A stretch of 50,922 bases of DNA from Draconibacterium orientale (GTDB lineage Bacteria; Bacteroidota; Bacteroidia; Bacteroidales; JAIFNL01), in NCBI GenBank assembly GCA_022729915.1, contig DZBP01000004.1, positions 1-50,922 on the forward strand, given 5' to 3'. How positions within the stretch are numbered: the stretch's first letter is position 1; every line of letters begins with the position of its first letter. The notes beneath the pieces are model-generated. The model worked only from the letters and a program-made list of their open reading frames with translations. It had not been told where the DNA came from and did no database searches. Made by a program: the position numbers and the translations under genes. Shown here piece after piece: positions 28,761 to 39,036 of the stretch.

Positions 28761-31289
28761 TTATTTATTAAAGAAGAAATCTTCAAAAATAGATGAATTG
28801 TCCCAAGGAACTTGTTTGCCATCAGATTTTTTATATACATTTCGTCTTACTTCTTTGAAAACATTTTCAATAGATTCGCCTTTTCGTTCAAGAGCTGTCA
28901 AAAATTCTTGTGTATAAAGTCCATTTGAGCCAGAACCATCGGCAGCAACCGAACCGGGTGAGGTAGCATAAGCAATAAATGTGCCTTGTGGTGCGTTGGT
29001 TTGCGCCAAACCGCCTCCCCCCGACGAGCGTGTTGCACTAGCAAAAGGATTGTCTCTACAAGCATCTAATATTATGATATTCATATTATTACGAGCATAA
29101 TCCATCTCGCCGAGTAGTCGTTTGAGATTAACAGCTTCAAGTTCAACGTCTTGTTGTTTTTGAATATCTGCACCTATTGGAATTAAATAGTTTTCGCCAT
29201 CGACTTGCATTCCGTGTCCGGCATAAAAGAACAATCCTGTTCCTTTTTCAGCAGCAAGTTTTTCGCCAAAAGTACGGAAGGCTTTTTTCATATCTGCCTG
29301 ATTTTGGTTCAAAAAAAGCATCACTTCAAATCCAAGTCCTTCTAATTTTTTGGCAATAGCTTTGGCATCGTTTTCGGGGTTTCTCAAAGGCGAAGCGGCA
29401 TAGTTGCTATTTCCAATAATCAAAGCCAACCGTTTTTCGGAACTAGAACTTACGTTTTCAAAAGTTACGGTTCTCTCTTCGGTAGTTGTAGAGCCTGTTT
29501 GGTTTGAAACAGTTACTTTTATTTTATTATCGCCACTTGTGAGTTGAATTTCGCGTTCGATTGTATAATCGCAAGCACTGCTAACTACAGAAAATCCGCG
29601 ATTTGTAGAAGTTTGTTCTTTTCCATTAACATAAACAACGGCTGTAACGGGAGTTGATGATTCTACACACACTTTAATTTTGTAAACATTTGAGCTAGTT
29701 GTAGATGTGTAATATTCAGGAGTTAACCAAGTAACCATTGGTCCTTTGTTTTCTTCTTCGATAGGACCTATATAGTTGTTATCTTTCCATTTACCTGATT
29801 TTGAAGTTCCATCGGTATAATACATAGTTCCAATGCCGGTGTAAGTTCCGTCAACCCAGTCGCCAATATATTTAACGCCGCTTGCCCAAATATAAGTTCC
29901 TTTTCCGGTGCGGTTATCATCAATCCAATTGCCAATATACTTATCGCTATTTGCATAATAAAAAGTACCTTCGCCATTGTATTTTCCACTTTTCCAGTTT
30001 CCAACGTATTTTGCACCGCTTTCAAAGGTATAAGTTCCGTAACCATTATCGCAATTACCAGTAATGCAACCAATATTTCCTTGAGATTTGCCTACAAAAT
30101 TATCTTTTTCCCAAATTCCACTTTGTACAGTACCATCGGCATAATACATAGTTCCCTCTCCGTGGAAATAGCTATCTTGCAACGAACCAACGTATTTTTG
30201 TCCGTTTCTGTAAACAAAAGTACCTTGTCCTGTGAGTTTATCCATTACGTAATTGCCTTTGTAATAATCGTATTCTGAATCGGGGTGATAATTGTAAGTT
30301 CCAAAACCATGTTTGTAATCGTCTTTCCACTCGCCTGAGTATTTTGCTCCATTTACAAAGTAATTGGTTCCTTGACCGTTGCGCTTGCCACTTTCCCAAT
30401 TTCCTTCATATTTTTCGCCCGATTCCCATTTGTAAACACCCCAACCAGATTCACAATCTCCTGAAACACAACCAAATGAATTATTATCATAGGTAGTTTT
30501 GTTGCCTTTATATACGTCATTTTCCCACAAACCATTTTCTATTGTGCCATCGGTGTAATACATTGTACCTTGCCCTGTAAAATAATTTTCTACAAAATCT
30601 CCCACGTATTTTTGTCCGTTTTTCCAATAAAATGTACCTTTACCGTTCATTTTATTGTCCACCCAATCGCCTGTGTACGAACCATATTCCGATTCATTTT
30701 TGTAGATATAGGTACCATAACCAATTTTATTGTCATCAACCCAATCGCCATCGTATTTTGCGCCATTTGCCCAAGTATTTGCACCTCGTCCATTGCGCAT
30801 TCCGTTGCTCCAATTTCCTTCGTACCTTTCACCATCTTCCCAGACATATACGCCATATCCACTAGAGCAATCACCTGTAATGCAGCCGCTTGTAACATTG
30901 TCATTTGACAAATAAGTCCCGTCCTTCCAAGTTCCTTTTTTTATAGTTCCATCGGCATAAACATAAGTAGCTTCACCGTGCTGTTTGCCATTGAGCCAAC
31001 CTCCGGTATATTTATCGCCGCTAGCCCAGTAATAAGTACCTTGACCGTACATCACATTATTTTGGTATTCACCAATATATTTGGCACCATCAGAATAGTA
31101 ATAAGTACCAAAACCATGACGTAAACCAGCTTTCCAGTCGCCAGTATATTTATCGCCTTTCCATTGTCCGGGTCCCCAAATATAAGTTCCGTAACCATCT
31201 TCACAGTCGCCTGAAATACAACCACTTTGCTGTGCAAAAAGGTTCAGAGAAAGGAAGAATATTAAATTGAGTATTATAATTTTCTTCAT
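28761..31289 (-). CDS. Secreted MORN-repeat protein with Ig-like domain and C-terminal caspase-like (C14) peptidase
   Basis: Many G.kY.G.w.ng...G.G..y repeats; RLALIIGNSNY, FFYAGHG (His), ILDACR (Cys), QVPW; signal peptide. Confidence 0.93.
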   Translation of the reverse strand: MKKIIILNLIFFLSLNLFAQQSGCISGDCEDGYGTYIWGPGQWKGDKYTGDWKAGLRHGFGTYYYSDGAKYIGEYQNNVMYGQGTYYWASGDKYTGGWLNGKQHGEATYVYADGTIKKGTWKDGTYLSNDNVTSGCITGDCSSGYGVYVWEDGERYEGNWSNGMRNGRGANTWANGAKYDGDWVDDNKIGYGTYIYKNESEYGSYTGDWVDNKMNGKGTFYWKNGQKYVGDFVENYFTGQGTMYYTDGTIENGLWENDVYKGNKTTYDNNSFGCVSGDCESGWGVYKWESGEKYEGNWESGKRNGQGTNYFVNGAKYSGEWKDDYKHGFGTYNYHPDSEYDYYKGNYVMDKLTGQGTFVYRNGQKYVGSLQDSYFHGEGTMYYADGTVQSGIWEKDNFVGKSQGNIGCITGNCDNGYGTYTFESGAKYVGNWKSGKYNGEGTFYYANSDKYIGNWIDDNRTGKGTYIWASGVKYIGDWVDGTYTGIGTMYYTDGTSKSGKWKDNNYIGPIEEENKGPMVTWLTPEYYTSTTSSNVYKIKVCVESSTPVTAVVYVNGKEQTSTNRGFSVVSSACDYTIEREIQLTSGDNKIKVTVSNQTGSTTTEERTVTFENVSSSSEKRLALIIGNSNYAASPLRNPENDAKAIAKKLEGLGFEVMLFLNQNQADMKKAFRTFGEKLAAEKGTGLFFYAGHGMQVDGENYLIPIGADIQKQQDVELEAVNLKRLLGEMDYARNNMNIIILDACRDNPFASATRSSGGGGLAQTNAPQGTFIAYATSPGSVAADGSGSNGLYTQEFLTALERKGESIENVFKEVRRNVYKKSDGKQVPWDNSSIFEDFFFNK

Positions 31290-31561
31290 AGCTAATAAAT
31301 TTTAATAATATAAAGTTTTAAACATTAATATTCAACAAAATAGAGAGTTAAAAAAAACTGAAAATAAAAAAAATCAAATCAACAAATTTGCTCACAATTT
31401 ACAATTATTTTTATTAAAAAACAAAGTTAATTGTCAATAAAAAACGCAAATTATTGATTTTTAATAAATTTCTATATTTTTAAGATAAAAAGTTCTCGAA
31501 AATTTTAGAAATAGATATACGTATAAAACGTAAAAAAAAGAAAATATTATATTTTATCAAA

Positions 31562-32902
31562 TTAAAATTGTTGAAATTTTGATTCAAAATCTTGATTTTC
31601 GTTAATATCAAAAAATCTGTATTGTATCAATAATTCTTTTTCAAATAAATTGCACGTTAATTGATTATATACAACTTGAAGTAAATTAGAGGCTTGCTCT
31701 ACAATTTCCTTCTTTTGGTAAAAATTTTCGTGAGAGAAATTTAAAAATTTTAAAACTCTGAAAGCATTAAACCATTGAAAAAAGCGTGTATCAAAAATCT
31801 TCAAATTGGGACTATTTTCGTTTATTTTCTTTAACTCCGCAAAAAAATCATTTTCGTTTAAAAATTGGAGAATAATTTCTGAAATGGCTTTATTTAGCAG
31901 ATAACTAATCGAATCCATTTCCGTGTTTTTGTAAAAAATATCTTTTGCTTCAAAAAAACTTTTCAAGTCAATAAAAGCCTGAATTTCATAAGTTAAATAT
32001 TGGTCTGAATTGGCTTGAAGCATTTTTTGAATGGCTGCTCCAGTTCCAAAAGGCACTCTATCAGATGGACGAGGCGAAGGAAAAACAGCAGTAGAATTAA
32101 TTTCATGGTAATTTCCGAGCGGGATTATTTTTTGCAAAAAATAGAAATCTTCGCCAGCTTTTCGTCGGTTCATTCCACCTTGCTTGGCATAAATGTTAGC
32201 TCGCACAGCAAAGCTAGAGCCAATGGTATGAAATGCAAAAGGAAATTTTGCAAATTGAAGTGCCTGCTTATAATAGCGTAAATACAATTCATAACGAACT
32301 ATATTTTCATATACTTCTACCTGATATTCAATACCTTCGAGTGGGTGCTCAAAATATATTGAAGCTGCATTGGATTTAGGATTTTGCTTAAAATGCTTTT
32401 CTATTTCGCACAAATAATTTGTTTTGCATGTAGAATCAGCATCAAATCCCAAAATTATTCCATTTTCGTTTTGGACCGAAGCTAATCGTGAATAAGCTTC
32501 GTCCATTCCAATTTTTCTAGCAAAACCAACACCTGCAAATTTTTGTGGCAATTTTTCCACATTGAATGAATGAAATTTAAGTTTTTGAGTAGAATTTTTA
32601 TCAATCCAATCTTGTACCTCAAAAAATGTTTTTCGGTTTTTATCAACTATTAAAGAATTTGTACCTTCTCCGGAATTAACAACAATTATTACCTCTACAC
32701 TTTTATTGGGCAACGCACAATCTTTGAGCGAATTAAGAGTTTTAATAATATCAGGTTCATCAAAACAAGGAATTACGATGCACATATTCAAATCAGAATT
32801 TGGCATATCGTGTATTTGCAATGGATATTGCTGATATTTTAAAAGATACTCGTTCATTTGCACATTTATTTCATTTCGTATTTTCATATAAAATAAATTC
32901 AA
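31562..32902 (-). CDS. Glycosyltransferase family 2-like protein (start may be 32857)
   Basis: IVIPCFDE, GVGFARKIGMD, DAD motif, AGEDFYF, SDRVPFGTG. Confidence 0.8.
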   Translation of the reverse strand: MNLFYMKIRNEINVQMNEYLLKYQQYPLQIHDMPNSDLNMCIVIPCFDEPDIIKTLNSLKDCALPNKSVEVIIVVNSGEGTNSLIVDKNRKTFFEVQDWIDKNSTQKLKFHSFNVEKLPQKFAGVGFARKIGMDEAYSRLASVQNENGIILGFDADSTCKTNYLCEIEKHFKQNPKSNAASIYFEHPLEGIEYQVEVYENIVRYELYLRYYKQALQFAKFPFAFHTIGSSFAVRANIYAKQGGMNRRKAGEDFYFLQKIIPLGNYHEINSTAVFPSPRPSDRVPFGTGAAIQKMLQANSDQYLTYEIQAFIDLKSFFEAKDIFYKNTEMDSISYLLNKAISEIILQFLNENDFFAELKKINENSPNLKIFDTRFFQWFNAFRVLKFLNFSHENFYQKKEIVEQASNLLQVVYNQLTCNLFEKELLIQYRFFDINENQDFESKFQQF

Positions 32903-32905
32903 CCC

Positions 32906-34213
32906 TTACTTTTGAATATGAATATCGCGCTGCGGAAATGGGATGACAATATTTTTCTGATTAAATTTTCGGTAAATTTCTTTACGCAAATTACTTTTAA
33001 CTACTTGAATAGCAAATCCATTGTTGCTCCAAAATAACAATTCAAAATCGAGAGAAGATTCACCGAAATTCTTTAAAATAACCGAAGGTATTGGTTCCTT
33101 TAAAACCGATTCATTTTCCATTGCACATTCGAGTAAAATTTGTTCAACAAGCTCTACATCACTTCCATAAGCTACTCCCACCGGAACTCTAAAACGGGTA
33201 GTTGAATCCGTTTTTGTGTTGTTAATCACCTTATTAGAAGTCAATTGCGAATTTGGTAGTATAATCGTAACGTTATCAGGAGTTAAGATTTTAGTTGTAC
33301 GTAAATCTGATTCAATCACTTTACCTGTAACTCCATCTACATCAATAATATCGCCTACTTTAAGCGTACTTTCGGCAATAATAACTAAGCCCGAAACAAA
33401 ATCGCTAAAAAGTTGCTGAATACCAAAGCCTAAGCCCACTAAAAGGGCAGCCGAACCAGCGAGTAAAATAGACAATTTAAAACCAGCCGATTCTAAAACA
33501 ATAGCTATTAAAATAATCCACAAAAGATATTTCAAAATACGAAAAATAGAATGACTAGTACCCAAATCTAGCTTTTTATTGCCAACTTGTAACCTTAAAA
33601 AACCATTTAAACCGAGTAAAATCATCTGCCCAATTACAATAATTAACAAGGCAAATATTAAATCTCCAATTGTAATTGGTATTTTATTAATTACAAATAA
33701 TTTATGCTCAGTAAATTGAGTAAAATCTACCAAAATGGCTTTCAAAACAATGCTAACTGTAATAATCCAAAAAATAGTTTGAATAAGCCGAAATGCGCGT
33801 TTAGCAATTCGTTCAGCATCTTCATAATTTAATATAATTCTTCGTTTGATTATCTTAAAAAAGTGAATAATTAAAAGGTTTAGAGTAATAAAAAAAACAG
33901 TATTTAAAATTGACAGCGTATTTATTTCAAAAATTTTATTCTTGAAAAAATTATAATCATAAAATTTTTGAGTATTAATCTCAATTAACAATGAAATACC
34001 TATAACCCAAAGTATTATGGTTAAAAAAACAACTATTTTGACTCTAATTTCTCTCAAAATATATTTTTCGAGTTTTTCATTTAGCAATATTTTTTTTATA
34101 AAAAAGGCTAAAAATAAAACCATTAAAAGTACCGAAGCTGTTAATAAAAAATCGGATAAAGTAAGCTGAATGTAGCTAGACTTGATAAGATAAGTATCCA
34201 ATAATTTCTTCAT
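32906..34213 (-). CDS. MscS family mechanosensitive channel with extended N-terminal TM region
   Basis: ALLVGLGFGIQ..FSDFVSG, KVGDII, PNS, VGVAYGSD, FGESSLDF, IPFPQRDIH. Confidence 0.95.
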   Translation of the reverse strand: MKKLLDTYLIKSSYIQLTLSDFLLTASVLLMVLFLAFFIKKILLNEKLEKYILREIRVKIVVFLTIILWVIGISLLIEINTQKFYDYNFFKNKIFEINTLSILNTVFFITLNLLIIHFFKIIKRRIILNYEDAERIAKRAFRLIQTIFWIITVSIVLKAILVDFTQFTEHKLFVINKIPITIGDLIFALLIIVIGQMILLGLNGFLRLQVGNKKLDLGTSHSIFRILKYLLWIILIAIVLESAGFKLSILLAGSAALLVGLGFGIQQLFSDFVSGLVIIAESTLKVGDIIDVDGVTGKVIESDLRTTKILTPDNVTIILPNSQLTSNKVINNTKTDSTTRFRVPVGVAYGSDVELVEQILLECAMENESVLKEPIPSVILKNFGESSLDFELLFWSNNGFAIQVVKSNLRKEIYRKFNQKNIVIPFPQRDIHIQK

Positions 34214-34236
34214 AATAAAATAATTACAGTTAAATT

Positions 34237-35313
34237 CTATTTATGTGAATTGATGTTGAATCTATATTTCAAGGAAAAAACATTTGAATAGCTAACCAAT
34301 AAGCTACCAATATCAGTAAGTGCATAGTCGAGTGTAAAACTCTTATATTCAATGCCTAGCCCCAAATTTGGTTGAAAACGTGTTCGTGTTTTTTCAAAAT
34401 CTTGAATTTTTTGAAAATTACCAAATCCTATTCTGAAAAAAATGAACTTTTTGTAAGCAAATTCAGTACCTATACTTGGTGCAAATGTAAAAGTTTTACC
34501 GGAAATTAAAGCATTTTGCTGTCCATCAAAATAAATTTTTGCATCAATTTCAAGGTTGGCTTCTAAATTTTCTGAAAAGATAAAATCACGAGCAACTCCC
34601 AAACTTAAACTTGGCATTGTAATATCTATCGTGTTTTCAGTGAGCGTATTAAGTGTAGAATCAGTTTCAAAAGTTACTTTTAAAGCATCTTCATTTAATT
34701 TCCAAAAATTGAAAGTAGTAGAAACATCATTAGCCATAGCTCCAAAATACCAGTTTTTTTTCCTATACTGCAAAGCTGCATCTAAACCAAAACCGAGAGC
34801 ATTAGCAAATTCTCCTTCGTTTCGATAAATTATTTTAAAATTAGCACCTAAATTTAATCCTTCAACTTTTGTTTTCCTTGCATAAGAAAAAAGAAAAGCA
34901 TAATCAGCTACCGAAAAATTTTTGATTCTATTGTAATCAAAATTCCCATCTTTATCAAACAAATCGAGTGAATTTTGAATATTATCAACACCAGCTCTTA
35001 CCACTGAAAAAGCAACATTACTCATAGTATCAAGCTTATAATTAATACCAAAGTAATCAAATTTGAGTAAGCCAGCAAATTGCTCAGCATGCATAAGTCC
35101 TAACTCCATTTGCTTTTCAGAAAAAAGTAATCCGGCAGGATTCCAAAATACGGAAGTAACATCTGAAATAGTTGCAGCGGTAGAACCACCTAAAGATAAA
35201 GACTTTGCACCAACACCCAAAGTTAAAAAATCGTTGTTATATTTTCTAATTTCTTGTGCAAAAGTAGAAATTGAAATAAATATGAAAAAAATAACAAAAG
35301 TTCTGAATTTCAT
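34237..35313 (-). CDS. PorV/PorQ-family (PorV2-like) outer-membrane beta-barrel, T9SS-associated
   Basis: RKYNNDFLTLGVGAKSLSLGG, FWNPAG, DYALTDIG, C-terminal alternating beta strand. Confidence 0.85.
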   Translation of the reverse strand: MKFRTFVIFFIFISISTFAQEIRKYNNDFLTLGVGAKSLSLGGSTAATISDVTSVFWNPAGLLFSEKQMELGLMHAEQFAGLLKFDYFGINYKLDTMSNVAFSVVRAGVDNIQNSLDLFDKDGNFDYNRIKNFSVADYAFLFSYARKTKVEGLNLGANFKIIYRNEGEFANALGFGLDAALQYRKKNWYFGAMANDVSTTFNFWKLNEDALKVTFETDSTLNTLTENTIDITMPSLSLGVARDFIFSENLEANLEIDAKIYFDGQQNALISGKTFTFAPSIGTEFAYKKFIFFRIGFGNFQKIQDFEKTRTRFQPNLGLGIEYKSFTLDYALTDIGSLLVSYSNVFSLKYRFNINSHK

Positions 35314-35506
35314 TTATTATGGTTTTTTAGAATATTCACGAATAACAAAGTTAAATTGAGAATATTTTATAATTTTGTAAAAAATTTCTACAAATAAACA
35401 AAATTAAAAGCTGTTTAACAAAATTATAATTTGCTTTTGAACAAAAAGTATAATTAAAAAATTGATTTTCAAGAAAATAAAAACAATTGAACAAAAAACT
35501 AAACTT

Positions 35507-36277
35507 ATGAAATATCTAAAGTGGTTTCCCAATTTTTTAACCTCTATGAGTGTGTTTATGGGCAGTTTAGCCATAGTAACCGCTTTTCAAAGCAATGATT
35601 ATTTAATTTATTCTGCACTATTCATCGCAATAGCAGCTATTTTTGATTTTTCTGATGGTTTTGCAGCTCGTTTACTTAAAGCAAGTTCGGCAATAGGTAA
35701 AGAGCTTGATTCCCTGGCAGATATGGTTAGTTTTGGTATTGCTCCAGCTATTATCATGTACAAATTAATGCGCATTTCGCTTTTCGGAGAAAACGATAAT
35801 ATTTTATTGTCAGATTTAAGTATCAATGATTTAGTTATAATTTTATCGTCTTTTATTATTGCTATATTTTCTGCTTTAAGATTGGCAAAATTTAATATCG
35901 ATACGCGCCAAACTAGTTCATTTATAGGTATGCCAACACCTGCCGGTGCTATATCAATTTTATCGTTAGTTATAGTTTTCCATTATTTTAAAGATAGTTT
36001 CATCTATATAAATATAACATCTTCGATATATTTCTTACTCATTTATACCTTTGTAGTTTCATTTCTGTTGGTTTCAGAACTACCCATGTTTTCACTAAAA
36101 ATAAAAAATTTGAAATTTAACGACAATTCTATTCAATTTATATTTTTAGGTATTTTAATTATTCTTTTTCTAATTTTCAAAAGTCTTGCAATAGTTTTTT
36201 TCATTCCATTATATATTTTTATGTCAATAATCGACAATATTCTTAAAAAAAAAATAAATAATTTGACCTCTAAATAA
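35507..36277 (+). CDS. pssA: CDP-diacylglycerol--serine O-phosphatidyltransferase (CDP-alcohol phosphatidyltransferase)
   Basis: PNFLT, DFSDGFAAR..GKELDSLADMVSFG, LRLAKFN, FIGMPTP. Confidence 0.9.
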   Translation: MKYLKWFPNFLTSMSVFMGSLAIVTAFQSNDYLIYSALFIAIAAIFDFSDGFAARLLKASSAIGKELDSLADMVSFGIAPAIIMYKLMRISLFGENDNILLSDLSINDLVIILSSFIIAIFSALRLAKFNIDTRQTSSFIGMPTPAGAISILSLVIVFHYFKDSFIYINITSSIYFLLIYTFVVSFLLVSELPMFSLKIKNLKFNDNSIQFIFLGILIILFLIFKSLAIVFFIPLYIFMSIIDNILKKKINNLTSK

Positions 36278-36336
36278 CTGTTTTTCTAAAATAAATCTCT
36301 TAAATTTATTTTCAATAAAAGTATATTTCATTGATT

Positions 36337-38634
36337 ATGAAAAATTTAAAGCAACTATTTTTTTTATTTACTTTTCTTGTAATCGCTTCCAGTTTAATAG
36401 CACAAACGAAGTTGATTGCAAAAATTTGCGATTATTCTACAAAGAAACCTATTCATAATGTGCATATTACAAATTTAAGTAAAAAAATAGTAACAAGTAC
36501 AGACGATAATGGAATTGCACAAATAAATTTAGCTGTAAATGAAAAAAATGCACTCAAAATTAGCCATATAGGCTACAAAGATACAATAATCAACTTTTTT
36601 TCAAAAACAGATTTAAACGAATTAACTATTGAATTACAAATTCTTAGCATAAAGATGCCAGAAGTTTTTGTTTCCGCATCACGTAAATTGCAATTAAAAA
36701 ACCAAACAACAGGAAGTAGCGACATTATAACACGTAAAAATATTGAAATACAGCCAATTACAAATATAGATAATATACTTCAAACCATTTCAAATGTCTA
36801 TGTAAACAGAAGCTGGGGAATTTTCTCAAAAAATGCAAGCGTAACAATGCGTGGAATGGACGGAAAAGATCGGGTATTAATTTTGCTCGACGGAATTCCG
36901 ATGAATAAATCTTCAGGAGGTTCAATCAACTGGCATCTAATAAACCCAGAACAAATAGAACGTATAGAAATAATAAAAGGTCCTGCTTCAGCAATTTATG
37001 GAAATAATGCGATGAATGGAATTATAAATTTGATAAGCAAAAAACCTTCTGAAAAAATAGATTTTTTTATAAATAATTTCGTTGGTTCTTATAATACATT
37101 AGGTGTCAATTTTTACACAGGCGGAAAGCAAAAATTAGCTGAAAACAATTTTTATTGGACCCTCGATGGCTTTTATAGACAAGGCGATGGTTATTTTTAT
37201 TTACCTGAAAATATGAGAGATAGCTATGATGCGAAACTATATTTGCTAGAATATAATTCATCAGCAAAAATAGGATATGAGCTAAATAAACAGCAAAAAA
37301 TAGAAATTTCATATGCATACCAGCACGATAAAAGAGGCTCAGGAAAAAAAATTTATATGCCCGATGGTAGTTTCGATAGCTATTCAACTAACTTATCATC
37401 AATAACTTACAATGGAATATTTCAAGAAACAACTTCGACAGTAAGCTTATTTTGGCAAAATGAATTGTACCAAAAACAAAGCGAAAGTATCAATTCGAGT
37501 GGAAACTACAAGCTTTCAGAAAATCCACAAATAAGTAATGATTTTGGCATTTTATCCAGTATTTCAACACAGTTATCAAGCAAGCATAACTTAACCTATG
37601 GATTTGATTATAAGCAAGCTAACCTACATGCTAAAGAAATTTATAAAACCTCTAGTGATTATATAGAACGAAAAGGGAATTTAATTTTTGGTGGAATTTA
37701 TGCTCAAGACGAATGGTTTTTGACCACAAAATGGCTTTTTACAACAGGTTTCAGGCTCGATTATTCAAAATTTTACAATGGAAACCTTCTAGTAACTAAC
37801 CCAACTAAAGAAACCGGTTTTTTAAGCAATATAGACCAAAATTTTCCTCAAAATGATTGGTTTGCTTTTAGCCCAAAATTTAGTCTAAAGTACTTGTATT
37901 CAGGCAACTTTAATAATTATATCTCAATAGCAAAAGGCTTCAGACCTCCTTCAATAGATGACTTATGTAGCTCACGAAAAATCACAAAAGGTTTTAAACA
38001 AGCAAATCCGAGCTTATTGCCTGAATATCAATATACACTCGAATACGGACTTCAGCTAAAACCAAGCAAAGATTTTAAAATATCTTCAGCTTTATATTTT
38101 ACAAAAGGCTTTGATTTTCAATATTTTGTAGGCACTGGAGATTCAATTGATACGGGCGGAAGTAGCTTAAAACCAATTTTGCGCCGCGAAAATATTTCCA
38201 AAGTAAACGTAATAGGATTTGAAATAGATTTGGCTTACACGCCAAGCAATTTGATTGAAATAAAAGCAAACTACACCTACAATTCGGCAAAGATTATAGA
38301 ATTTAACCAGATAAATAAATACGAAATAAGCCTAAAAAATAATTATTTAATTGAAACTCCTTCTCAGCAAGCTTTTTTTGGAATCAATTCGCGCAATAAA
38401 TGGCTAAATATGAGCCTCATGTACAATTTTATAGGCGAACAATGGGCTGACGAGGAAAATTCTCAAATTATAAATTCATATAATACAATAGACATAGCTT
38501 TTTCAAAAAAAGTTGCCAAAAATATTGAATTATCTATTGATATACAAAACATTACAAATGAAAAATTTATCGATAAAAAAGGTTACGAATCACCCGGAAG
38601 TTTTTTTGTCTTCAATCTTTCTTATAGGCTATGA
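36337..38634 (+). CDS. TonB-dependent receptor (BtuB/CirA-like) with N-terminal carboxypeptidase-regulatory-like domain
   Basis: TonB box EVFVSASR, plug MRG..VLILLDG, IERIEIIKGPASAIYG, NPSLLPE, IQNITN, C-terminal barrel strand. Confidence 0.93.
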   Translation: MKNLKQLFFLFTFLVIASSLIAQTKLIAKICDYSTKKPIHNVHITNLSKKIVTSTDDNGIAQINLAVNEKNALKISHIGYKDTIINFFSKTDLNELTIELQILSIKMPEVFVSASRKLQLKNQTTGSSDIITRKNIEIQPITNIDNILQTISNVYVNRSWGIFSKNASVTMRGMDGKDRVLILLDGIPMNKSSGGSINWHLINPEQIERIEIIKGPASAIYGNNAMNGIINLISKKPSEKIDFFINNFVGSYNTLGVNFYTGGKQKLAENNFYWTLDGFYRQGDGYFYLPENMRDSYDAKLYLLEYNSSAKIGYELNKQQKIEISYAYQHDKRGSGKKIYMPDGSFDSYSTNLSSITYNGIFQETTSTVSLFWQNELYQKQSESINSSGNYKLSENPQISNDFGILSSISTQLSSKHNLTYGFDYKQANLHAKEIYKTSSDYIERKGNLIFGGIYAQDEWFLTTKWLFTTGFRLDYSKFYNGNLLVTNPTKETGFLSNIDQNFPQNDWFAFSPKFSLKYLYSGNFNNYISIAKGFRPPSIDDLCSSRKITKGFKQANPSLLPEYQYTLEYGLQLKPSKDFKISSALYFTKGFDFQYFVGTGDSIDTGGSSLKPILRRENISKVNVIGFEIDLAYTPSNLIEIKANYTYNSAKIIEFNQINKYEISLKNNYLIETPSQQAFFGINSRNKWLNMSLMYNFIGEQWADEENSQIINSYNTIDIAFSKKVAKNIELSIDIQNITNEKFIDKKGYESPGSFFVFNLSYRL

Positions 38635-39000
38635 TAACTTTTCCATTTTTTTCATCAAATTTCCAAATACTTCATCTAAAGCATTTTGAATGAAAGCATC
38701 ATGCTTGCGATGAAATTCGTCAAAAGCTTCTATTATTGCAATACCTTGTGGCGTTAAAATAGTCTGGCCTCCATCTTTGCCTCCTCTCTGTCGCTGAATA
38801 ATAGGAAAACCTAATGTTTGCTCAATTTCATTGAGGTTATCCCAAGTTTTGCGGTAAGTCAAATTTTCTTTCTTAATTGCATCTATGATAGAACCTGTTT
38901 CGTTAATGGTTTTCAACAAATTACACTTTCCTTCTCCCAAAATACCTTTACTATCTTCAGCTTCGAGCCAAATTTTAAAATTTATTCTGAATTTATTCAT
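38629..39000 (-). CDS. ModE N-terminal-type winged-helix regulator, without TOBE domains
   Basis: KIWLE..LGEGK..LLKTINETGSI..YRKTW..RQRGGKDGGQTILT; only 123 aa. Confidence 0.88.
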   Translation of the reverse strand: MNKFRINFKIWLEAEDSKGILGEGKCNLLKTINETGSIIDAIKKENLTYRKTWDNLNEIEQTLGFPIIQRQRGGKDGGQTILTPQGIAIIEAFDEFHRKHDAFIQNALDEVFGNLMKKMEKLS

Positions 39001-39036
39001 TATATTGATAAATTTTTATAATAACAATAAAAAATA

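Noticed and set aside
29770-31223. Periodic DNA similarity that could be mistaken for a CRISPR array
   Set aside because: Degenerate in-frame MORN coding repeats; no identical repeats with unique spacers and no cas genes.
25204-31289. Prophage or integrated element
   Set aside because: No integrase, phage genes, tRNA target or flanking direct repeats; the apparently higher GC is explained by Gly-rich repeats.
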